Shown: in pieces, positions 24,436-35,300 of the stretch
Position numbering within the stretch: position 1 is the stretch's first letter
Layout of the letters: each line of letters opens with the position of its first letter
Source of the DNA: Strigamia acuminata
Taxonomy: Eukaryota
Reading direction: 5' to 3'
Assembly: GCA_949358305.1 (NCBI GenBank)
Contig: OX442314.1
Span: forward strand, 2,356,001-2,420,000
DNA: 64,000 nucleotides
Made by a program: the position numbers and the translations under genes
The notes under the pieces: generated by a model
Told to the model about the DNA's origin: nothing
Database searches by the model: none
The model's input: only the letters and a program-made list of their open reading frames with translations

Positions 24436-27400
24436 TGGAAGTTTACTGACACTCCCAAACTAACAAACACAATGCACGGTTTGTCTTTCCCTTCGTGTTC
24501 TAAATTATTCGCGCCAGAACCAAGTAGAAAAAACTGCGTATATCGATTTTTCGTGGCATTTTCTCATCGCGCCCCACAGCTTCGATGCTAAGGTCGTACG
24601 TTTTCCTTTGCGCTGGTGTATACATCTGCCACCAGTTTTAACCCCTGCTGAAAACGCTAAAATCGCGTATTTTAGGCTTCCTTCGGCATAGCTAGCTCAA
24701 GCACCAAATTCACACCCAAAACACCATCAAGGTCGCGATAACCCTGATGAGGCAAAAATCGACTCAGTCACCTCAGACAAAGAGTGAAGAGAAATCGACG
24801 ACTGAATCTGGATTAGACCGGGCAGAGTACTGTTGAACACGGCCCAACGCCGGGATGTGTTAGGTCCACACCCCAGGAGTGTCACGTTCCCAATCCAATC
24901 CGGATATGAAAATAGAGTAGAAATAGTATAAGAGAAAGGTTAGGAGAAAAATGTGGCGTGTATCACAAAATGATCTACACACAGCACATTGAAAACAAAG
25001 ATAAAAAAGATGTTGGGCTGGATTCACGGTCTCTTTTCAAAGCCGTTAGCCACCCAATTCGTGTTTGCAAACATCCCACGCGCGGTCGGAGAGCAAACAC
25101 CGTTAGGCTCGACACCCAAGCAGTCCCCTGCAAGGGCCGCCTTCCCCGCTATCCGAGACCCAATTTCGACAGAACGGCAGCGAAATTGACAAAAATGTGC
25201 CATAAGTGGCCACAAAAACACAAAAAAGCCAAAATCATGCCAAACTGCTTCCACCAGTGCCCGGGACAGGGTTGGAAACCCAGTCTCCGTGTGCTCCAAG
25301 GAAGTACGTGCGCCTGTGATTCAAAAGATTACTCAAACCGCTGAAACCAGGAATGTACCTCTGGCCAGTAATGAACAGAGCTCCCCTAAATATACCGCAT
25401 TAGTTTATCATCGTCCGGGCGAGGCACAGGGCTGAACTGGGATATACTGCACCCAGCAGCATGCCCGCCCACCACAACAACACCACAACCACGTTTCCCG
25501 CCAAAAAAAACACACTCGGAAAAGGCACCAAATCGCCCGACCCTGAGAGAGGAATCAAAGAACCAAATCCACCAATTGTTCGGTGTGGTGCCGACCCTCT
25601 AAGACACTCAACAGCCACTCTCAATTGCCCTTGAGATGATGAAACAGATCTATTCCAACACCCCAAACCACAAAAACTGAGCACCCCCAACTGGTTCCTC
25701 CCTCTATAGGTTGCACACCAAGAAATGAAAAATCATAAAATAATAAAAAATGGTATCAAGCTCATGTGTTGGTCAGCTGTTGTCGCCCCAAGATGATTAA
25801 AGGAAACATCCAGGTCGACTCTAGCCAAAGCCAAGCACAGATACAAAACATACCTGCAAAAAAAAATAAAAATGGCATTAGACCAATGTGTTGGTTGGCT
25901 ACTGTCATTGTAAAGTGGACCTCAATTAGAACACAAAAAAAAAAAAACAAGCCAAACAAATTCCAGCCAGACCAACAAAAAGAAAAATTACCATAAAACA
26001 AAAGAAAATTGCACAAATCTCCCAAAAATCTGAGCAATACCCAGCTCAAACCAATGAAAAAAAATGTGGCAGAAGAAAAACAAATGTTTCCCAACCCGGC
26101 ACCAAAATAGACACACAGTGCAATTGAAAAATAAAGACAAAAGCACTGCGAGGTCAAGTCAGTACAAGGGGAGAAAAACACAAAAGATAAGACACCGTGA
26201 CATGCACCCCTGTGACTGACCGAGGGGTGAGCAAATCTCCCAAAGCCAATTAGAGAAACACATATCACAATGTTTTGGTTGGTTGCAGTGCGTCTGAAAA
26301 AATTAATTTCAGAGCCCCAACCACACCAGCACTGAGAAAAATACAATTTAACAACCTTCAAATGAAAAAGCACCCCGCCTCCCACAACTAAACCCACCAG
26401 GACCCAAAGTGGTAAACAGAACACCCCTTCAATTCCGGTCATAAAAAAGCAATTAACCCAAGTCCAAAACAAAGAAAAATGGAAAACAATACAATTGACC
26501 CCCGCCAAAAAATAAAGCAAAATGCAACAAAACCTGAAACAAATAGTAAAACAATACGTGACAACGATAAAATTGAGACAAAAAGCTAACCACAATGAAA
26601 CAAAGGGTTGAGCACAAGGCAAAACAAAATGGCGGATCAAAAAAAAAACTTTCCAAGTTCAAATCTCGGACAGGGCCCTCAATTGTGACTGGTATGGTCT
26701 CGCCAATGTAACTAGGGGACTAATCACACTGGGTAGGGACGCATACATCACGTAATAATAACAGAGATTCCCACAATATTGGTTGGTTGGCCTTTATTGT
26801 CGTTGTCTAGGGGTATGGGGAATCCCGTTACCCGTTGCAGGGGCGCCACGAAGGCGCGCCGCACCGGCAACCGACCCGTCACACACTGGGCAGAAGTCCA
26901 ATGTGTGACGTGGTCGGTTCGACTTAACATTCATGTCGCGCTTACCTGCGACCCGCGTATCCGCTCATGGAGGCTGCACTACGGACTCCGCCATAGCACT
27001 GAGGATCAACGTGGTGAATGGTGAGGAGGGTGGGGTTCAACCTGGGACACTTCTCGTCCCTCTCGATGACTACTTCTCCTCTCTGGGAGCTGCTGCAGAC
27101 ACGTCCTTCTCAGGCCGTGTCCAACACTCAACTCTCCTCTCACACTCCACTCCCTCCTCACCACACCACTCCACTCCCTCCTCCCCGGGCTAGGTCAATC
27201 ACCCACAGAGGGGTTGACCTTTGGGGCCGTATGGTGGTGTGTGGCAGTGCCGCAGGTCACCCAGGTGGCCTGACGGTCACACAACTTACAAGACATATTT
27301 GAAAATTCAGTTGAAGACAAACCCCCAAAAAGACTGTTTCTGCAAACCATCCTGTAACGAAACCATCTTCAATCCTGCAATTACCAACACCTTAGACTCA

Positions 27401-28797
27401 AACTGGACGGTCTACGGAAAATCTGTTCGGTATAGCTTTGAAAATAACATCAGAGAAATAATTGAAGAACAGCAAGACATTACCATTACAAAGTTATTCT
27501 GTCAGTTCGGATCTATTATTGGTATTCTCACTGGTTTCTCCTTCTTTTCTCTTCTTCAATTTTGATTGTCCTTAATTCCACGGGTTTAAAATAATAAAAC
27601 ACTGCTTAGCTTACAAGTGGATGCATTAAATTTATACCGTAAATGCACTAATGGAATGCAACGTGTCGTTTACAACGCAGGTCTAAATCGAATTAAATTG
27701 AACAAAACGACAAATAAATGTCTAAATTGATCAAAAACACTAAAAAATTATGGGGGGAATTACATTCTGACGACAAAACACCCGCGTTCTACAGTATTTA
27801 AAGCATTTAGAGTTAGTGCTTGAGCCACTTGTGCCACTTGTGCAGTGTGAAGTTTTGCCCCCTTTATTGCAATCTTGAAGACCCTCTTTTATTATCCTCC
27901 TCCTTGCTGCTAAACATCTCAACGTCTACAGAATACAACAAATTCATTTCTTTCTTGCACAACAGTCACTTTTTAATAAATACACTTTTCACAAGGGGCA
28001 GAGCTGCTAAATAGCTGTGAAGCAGCAAAACAAGCGTTTAACAAGTAACATAGTCTGAACAATAATTTAAGTCACACATTTTCTCAAAAAGAGTCTCTTG
28101 AAATAAATTTTTAATTATCCGTAGCAGGATGAGTGATTGTCTAGACAATTAGGTCAACATGAATCTTCTTGCATGATAAGATGAGAGGTGACTTAATCGC
28201 AACAATCAATCGAGTGCAGGCTGTGTTTTATACGAGAATTTACCAATTCAAAGTCAATCATACCACCATGTGGAAGTAAATTTGAATGCAACATTTTTGA
28301 AACACTCATAACAGATGGCAGCACCAGCAAAATAAAACCAATCAGTTATCATATGCGGATTGTTACGTGCTTTGGGATTGGTCATTGGTTGTTAGTTTAT
28401 GACATAGATAAGTTAGTGGTAAATTCTAGATATATTGTGCAACATAGAAATATTTTATCTTGTAAGCACAATTAAAATCTCACAGCACTCGTAACTTCAT
28501 TCCCAAACCCAACTTATTACGTATTCCATATTAATTTATTAAGATAACAGTTAGTTGCCATGTGCAATTTCAATTTCGAATAATTAATGCAACGTTGTGG
28601 ACAGAAGGCGCACTCATAGTGGAATTTAAACTTGTTTTTAGTATATTTTTAAACCAGTCTAAACGTAAAAGTTTGCACGTTAAATGTGTAGTATAATTCA
28701 TTAAAGCAATTTAATTTGAGTCAAACACGTGTGAGTAATTGATTTTAATTTAAACACTATTTTCAATTCAGCAAGAAAAAAAATTCTCTCACAATTT

Positions 28798-29103
28798 GAA
28801 GTATTCTGTCACATTTTAAAATATTCTGTTACATTTTGAAATATTCTTTCGCATTTTGAAATATTCTGTCAGATTTTGAAATATTCTGTCAGATTTTGAA
28901 ATATCCTGTCACATTTTGAAATATTCTGTTACATTTAGAAATATTCTGTCACATTTAGAAATATTCTGTCACATTTAGAAATATTCTGTCACATTTAGAA
29001 ATATTCTGTCACATTTTGAAATATTCTGTCACAGTTTGAAATATTCTGTCACAGTTTGAAATATTCTGTCACAGTTTGAAATATTCTGTCACTATTTGAA
29101 ATA
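28798..29103. repeat. 20-bp minisatellite (atattctgtcacattttgaa)
   Basis: About 15 tandem copies. Confidence 0.95.
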
Positions 29104-29109
29104 TGTTGC

Positions 29110-29448
29110 CTTTGTACTACCACCAGGAAAAATGGTTTTGTTCTGTTTTAAATTTGTTTGATTATTGTAATAGTTGAAATGATGTAAATTGATTCGTTTT
29201 TTATAATAAAATGTTTTTTAAATTCTTAAAACAATGTTTTATGCTGTTTTTATTTCAATATTCATGTTTATTCAGTTTATTACTTGGTTTGTCAGGAATT
29301 CAAACAATTTTATAATTTTTTTATTGGTTGTTTTGTCTGGAAAGCAGTCAAAATGTCAGGCAGTGTTTTGATCTATTTTTTGGTATCACTAAAGAGTGAA
29401 ATGGCTCGGACAATAGGAAAAAGGTACACTTTTATGATGAACCAGAGT
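29110..29448. mobile_element. Partial diverged copy of the 13544-13921 MITE family
   Basis: Shares tgtactaccaccaggaaaa, ttgtctggaaagca, aaatggctcgg and the right end ...ccagagTA. Confidence 0.7.
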
Positions 29449-29974
29449 ATAGTAAATCTTTAATCTTACCCTGAAAAGTACAACAGTTGACTAATACTTA
29501 ACTTGTGTGCGGTTTGTATCTCTAAAAGGTGTATGTAAATGGAACACCCCCAACGCTGTAGCTTCACTAACTAGTCTTACCACTTGAAAATGTGCAATAA
29601 AAAGAAGAGATGATAGATTCGTTTTAAAATTTTATTCTACATTCATAAACGAGAAAATTACTACACTGATAGTTTGTTAGAATTACTAGACAGATTTGTT
29701 TGTACAATATTAAGGAACATTACAAATAATGCGCTAATGTCTTCCACTTAAGACATTGACAATACAAGGTCCCAGACATGCGCTGTTGGGGTCCGAAGAT
29801 ACTTCCCAATGTACGCACTAAACTCACATGACGCTTGAATGAATTTAAAACAACATTTATTGATATCGGTATTGTACCATAAAAATCCGAAAAAAAACAA
29901 TTAGTTAAAGACAATTTCAGAATTTTGTGGCCGAAAATAAATTTAGTAAAGACAACAAAAAGTACTCTATAGTA

Positions 29975-30145
29975 ATGGCAACAATAAACCTAGTAAAGGC
30001 AACAATAAACCTAGTAAAGGCAACAATAAACCTTGTAAAGTCAACAATAAGCATGGTAAAGTGAACAATCAGTGTGGTAAAGTGAACAATCAGTGTGGTA
30101 AAGTGAACAATAAGTGTGGTAAAGGTAACATTAAGTATAGTAAAG
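29975..30145. repeat. 21-bp degenerate tandem repeat
   Basis: aacaataaacctagtaaaggc / aacaatcagtgtggtaaagtg units. Confidence 0.85.
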
Positions 30146-30763
30146 GGTTAGTTAGTTCTACTAAATTCTTTAGTAGATCATTTTTGTAATTACTTGTGGG
30201 TACCTATTGTGTGGCTCAAATAAAACCGGCCCAATGATACAGCGTGACTCAATAAAATGTAAACACTGTGGAGAGTGGATGGATGCCATTTGGGCACGGG
30301 AATGCCCAACACCGCCGGACACACGACACGTTCATAGAATTGAGCACAAGATACTGTGTTTATGGTTTTAAGGACTTTATTCAGTGTCTAGCGTTCGGAA
30401 TCTCATGCCTCTCCTATTGCTACCGCTGCATTGCTGCAGCAGACCTGCGACCACACGCGGCACATGTGGTTAGTGTTAACCGGCTGTGCAGCGTGGTCAG
30501 ACAGCTGTTCATTTGGCCCATGGATCGCTCACGATACTGGGACTGGCAGACCGGCCAAGTCCCTAAGCATCTCCATGGTGAACAAGAGTGGAGAACAGCT
30601 AGTTGTGAACCAGAGATGTTCCTGTGTAACTCTGGGTTCTCAACACAATGTTGGCCCTTTTATAGTCCACTCTTGCACCATGAGTACGAGAGTACATATT
30701 CCCATTGGTGGTGGGATTAGTAACTAGGATGTGATGTCATCAGGATTACTACTCCTCTACCAT

Positions 30764-31070
30764 CGGATGTACTTCATTTTAGCGATTTCATTTTAGCGAT
30801 TTCATTTTAGCGACACACCATTTTAGCGAACATGTCATTTTAGCGACACAAAAACCTAGGTTTAATTCCTAAGAAGGGCTAACAACCCCCCGCGAACCTA
30901 ACCTTACTGGTTTTTTGATGAAAACCACTTTTTTGAGCCAGCTTGTCGCGGTAAATCGTGTCGCGTCGCTAAAACCTAGGTTTTTGTGTTGCTAAAATGA
31001 CATGTTTGCTAAAATGGAACTTTTTTGGTAAAAATTGCTAAAATGAGCGTCGCTAAAATGACTATAACCG
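30764..31070. mobile_element. Palindromic MITE-like element with cattttagcga subrepeats
   Basis: Left cattttagcga copies mirrored by right gctaaaatg copies; ends cgg...ccg. Confidence 0.7.
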
Positions 31071-32006
31071 CTACCATCAACTCCACCTTGTGGGGTGGGA
31101 TTGGACTGGGCCATGCGGCTTACGTGTTGCAGTGGCCGAGTATCAGTCACAACTGTTCAATTAAATATACCGTATATTTAATCATTCGCTGTGGGCAGTG
31201 TTATTTAACTAGCGTGAGACTTTTTCAGATTTTGTTAGATTTTACCTAAACTAAAGTGGTATGATACCAAAAAAAGTGTTACTGGTACCCTACCACTAAC
31301 ACAAGATGCGTTACTTTGTGAAAATTACTGTATACCTCTACTGGTACCGCTGAAGAAATCCATAAAGGTACCACAAAATCTGAAATTTAGAAATGACTAC
31401 ATAGTGCAATCAAACTTGTCAAATTTAGACAAAAATTGAATAAAAACGCAAATATCTCGAGAACGAAAGCTCAGATCGTCAAAAACTAAACACCAAATAA
31501 AAGAGCGACAAAAACTGTATCTAACCATTAAGCAACAACACTGCCCACAATTAATAATAAATGCATATCTAATTTCAATATGTATACATTTATTTTTAGA
31601 TACCCTTAATAACCTTCCTTGTATTTTCAGGCCGGTTTTATTTGTGCCACCTGGCAATATAAAGGTTAATCATTGTCAAAAAACATGAGTCACGACGGCA
31701 TGCATTATATTTTTCTTCATGAAACTAGAGATGTCAATGAATGTACTAATGCTAACCTGAATTAATAAAGTGGTACAAGAAAGCTTAATTACAATTATTA
31801 TTTCAGAGTAATCAAATTTCCATATTGTGGAGCATACGTTTGTGTTTGTAGTGAATGATCATTTTTTGTGTAAAAAATACATTCAGATGTGGTAAATTTG
31901 TATTGCACAGTGGAAAAGGGCTCATGTGAAACTGCGTATAAGTGCTAATATATTTTTTCTTAAATACACAGTGAACAAATAGGGTTAAAGAGCAAGAGTG
32001 AAGGTA

Positions 32007-32327
32007 CCGTACTGCCTCGATTTAACGCCGGGGCGTTTATTCATTTTTTCTAGTTGACCCCCCCGGCGTTCATTCAAAGCCCGGCGATTATTCGCGCCGG
32101 GCGTCTACCCGAAAAAAAAAATTGGAAAGCCACTCATTGCTAGCTATTCTTCGATGTTTCGACCAAAAGACCTCTCAAAACGTTTAAAAAACGTTTCAAC
32201 CCGGCGTTTAAACAAACCCGGCGTTCATTTAAGGCCGGCGTTTATTGCCATTTCGTCCTCAGTTTGCCCGGCGCTTAATCAGGAGCCGGCGTTTAGATAC
32301 GACCGGCGTTAAATCGAGGCAGTACGG
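32007..32327. mobile_element. MITE, TA TSD, CCGTA-type TIR (Tc1/pogo-like)
   Basis: 25-bp perfect TIR ccgtactgcctcgatttaacgccgg flanked by TA. Confidence 0.9.
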
Positions 32328-32357
32328 TAATAAGAATTGGTTTGTTTACGTTGCAAT

Positions 32358-35300
32358 CTATTGAAAAAGTTGTATTAGAGCAAATATTGAGAGACCGGTC
32401 CAAATGGAAATAATGGCTCCAATTTGACACAGTAATTTGACAAGGGAAATTATTCTCTCTTCCTTAATTATTTCTCGAATATAGCTGTCCATTTTAAAGT
32501 TATAGAAGTATTTACCTTTGTTAAGATTTCTGTCTATTCTTAATGAAGGTATGAAGATTGTCTCTTGGCAGTGTTTAGGACAGGAACAGTCTTTCTGTGG
32601 ATCCGTTTTAAATTGTGTCTCTAAATACATCTTGTGAGTCAGTTTAGCGGTTTCTTGCGTCAAGCAAAGAGGCAGTTCACTTTTTTCCATTGATGGCAAT
32701 CTAACAACAAGACAAGATTTTGAAAAGTTAATGTTTTCTGTATTTAAGGTTAGTATCTATACTCTGACCCATCATAAGAGTATGACCTCTTCGAGCCTAT
32801 TTACTCATCAGTGTTATCTGTATACTTTCACAAGGAGAAGTAGTGTTGTTGACATCCATTGTATTTATGGAATGTTGGCCTACTTTTATGTAGCCCTACG
32901 CCACAGAATAGTCTCGACCAATAAGAAGAGGTCATACTCTTATGATGGGTCAGAGTATATAAGGAATACAATCCAGTCCTGCCCGGCAACACAGGATAAG
33001 ATTTTTTAAAATCATTTACAATTGAATCTTATCATAATGAATTGCACAATAACAAATTTCTTATTGTTATAACAAATAGTCAAACTGCCCAGACTGCTCA
33101 GCTGTGAGTACTGTACTCTGCAAAGTCTGTTACATTACTTCTTTTTTTAGTGTGTCGTGTTCGTGAAGTAATTACCACTGATTTTGACATTCGAAATAAA
33201 CACCATTTATTTGCATTTGAACCGTCTTTCACTGGTATCTTTTCAGACACAATTTAATACATGTTTCGTTCGTTTTAATTTCGTTCGTTGTGTCGATTCT
33301 TTTTCTTATAATGGTATATTTTCATCGTGCTAGTGATCATTGTTTTTTTTGAACAAACCGCAACGTTACATTGTTATTCGCGCATACATTTTGCCAATTA
33401 GCTTAATTAGATTTTACAGAAAATACACGGTGTTTTTATGGATGCGAAATGCGACAGCTCCCCGGAAATCGACGTCAATCTCGATTTCCCTTCTTTGTCT
33501 TGCGGCGCCAGGATGCTGTGGTGGACGCCGGGTATGGTCGGTAAGGTTTAACGCCCAAATGCCTCTTGGATCGACGTACACCATCCTGCCACGTTGTCCC
33601 GTACTGGTCCTGCGCTTCTGGTTGCGCCGCGCTCGCGCCAGGCATCGCATCCACCGGCTGCGTTATCCTTGCTGCCAGTCGATCCAACCGCTCAAGTGTC
33701 TGTTTCGTGTTCGAAGGCGGTGCCTCGACCATCATCGACGGTGAATGAGGCAAACTTGCTTTGGGTAAAGTGGTCCGGGTCACGACGATCGGGAAGTTGT
33801 CTGGCCGTTGGCGGATAAAACGTCGTCTCAAATGATTGACGTGTTTAATGTTTTCGACATCGGTCGCCATTATTTTGATCAAATATCTGACGTCCCCCAA
33901 TTTCTCAACCACGACTCCCTCCTCCCACTTCCCAAGTGGCGAAAAGGACCATACTAAATCATCCGGTTCAAATTCCCTCACGGGCTTGGTCGCCTGCATT
34001 ACATATGCATGATCCGATCGCTGCGTGGTCAAGTGAGTCTTGACTTCCCAGCTAAACATTCGCTGGGCTGGAGTTAATCCGGTATTTGCCGATGGTGTGG
34101 TATGTTGGTGAAAAAGAAAACGCATCATGCGCGCCAAAGATGTCCCCGACTCATACTTGCGCATGCCATTTTTGAAGGTTTGCACCGCTCGTTCAACTGG
34201 CCCGTTTGATTGGGCATGGTACGGTGGTGAGAACTTCTGGCGGATGCCGTTGGCCTCATAGAATCGCCGGAGTTCGTCTGACCGGAAAGGCGGGCCGTTG
34301 TCGGTGACCACCAGGTCTGGCAGCCCAAAAGTGGCAAACCAGCGCATTGCCTGCAATGTTACTGCCGTTGCGGTGGTTGTGGTCATCCTTGCGGCCTCGA
34401 TCCAGTTTGTGCCGGCATCCACAAGTATCAAAAACTTTTCTTGGTCAAGATCTGCAAAGTCCAGGTGGAGTCGGCTCCAAGGGCGGACGGGCGTCGGCCA
34501 CGGGACCGGCCTCTCTTTGGGTGGCAAGGCCCTGACACGCTGGCAGTTGTCGCAACTCGCCACGTGATGCTCAATGCTAAAGTCGATCTTGGGCCACCAA
34601 TAGGTGACTCTCGCAAGGCGTTTCATTGCCACGACACCTGGATGTCCCAAATGGAGCTGCTGAAGGGCCCGTTGACGAAGGGAAGAGGGAACTACTATTC
34701 GATGTCCCCTCAGCAGTACGCAATCCTGCACAGTCAGTTGATCGGAAATGGTCAGCAGTTTCACTACCTCGCCGTTTTCCATTTCTGTTGCGGCTCCACT
34801 TCTCAACAAGTCAATGGCCCGAGAAATTGCGATGTCGCGACACGATTCGTCGTTTAGTTCTGTCCATGTGATTGGTGACTCTGTCAAATTCATAAATAAT
34901 AATTCTTGTCTCTCAAAAACCTCTGACGGGGCACTGGTTGCTGGTTGCAACGGCAACCTACTCAACGCGTCCGCGTTGAGGTGCTCGACCCCTTTGCGAT
35001 ATTCGATTTGATAATCGAACGAACTCAGGAACAACATCCATCGTAACATCCTGAGTGGGACCACCTCTGGAATGGGCTTTTTGCGACCAAAAAGTCCCAA
35101 CAGCGGCTTGTGGTCCGTTATAATCACGAACGAGAAACCCATCAGGTACATGATGAATCTTTTTACGCCAAAGATCACCGATAAAGCTTCTCTGTCCAAC
35201 TGGGAGTAGTTCCGCTCCGTTTGCGTCATGGTCCGAGAGGCGTAGGCCACTGGTCGTTCTTGGCCGTCAACTCGATGCGCCAGGACCGCCCCAACTCCCA

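Larger units (their letters stand above)
14702..27281 (-). mobile_element. 12.6-kb Gypsy-derived, apparently non-autonomous LTR element
   Basis: 598-bp LTRs 14702-15299 and 26684-27281 (TGTGAC...GTCACA) with no difference seen; 4-bp TSD CAAC (14698-14701, 27282-27285); PPT at 15300-15314; tRNA-Pro-like PBS at 26653-26682. It splits the last coding exon of gene A. Confidence 0.96.
6188..27565 (+). pseudogene. Tandem two-domain DEG/ENaC (pickpocket-like) gene A, disrupted by insertions; 5' end outside the window
   Basis: Exons 6188-6365, 6440-6512, 11348-11427, 11590-11691, 12039-12127, 12282-13065, 13127-13217, 13267-13349, 13418-13513, 14219-14328, 14639-14701+27286-27565, all GT-AG with consistent phases. 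Motifs: GGNIGLYFGMSCLTLVE (TM2), second TM1 plus FPLIIAC, TVYGMCTAFN, CFCKPSC, final TM2 GSIIGILTGFS. Exon-by-exon similarity to gene B. Confidence 0.85.

Noticed and set aside
25762..26640. 292-aa hydrophobic ORF as an Env or membrane protein
   Set aside because: Non-ATG start; the Phe/Leu/Cys richness follows from a T-rich strand that is poor in stop codons; it is upstream of pol and has no Env motifs.
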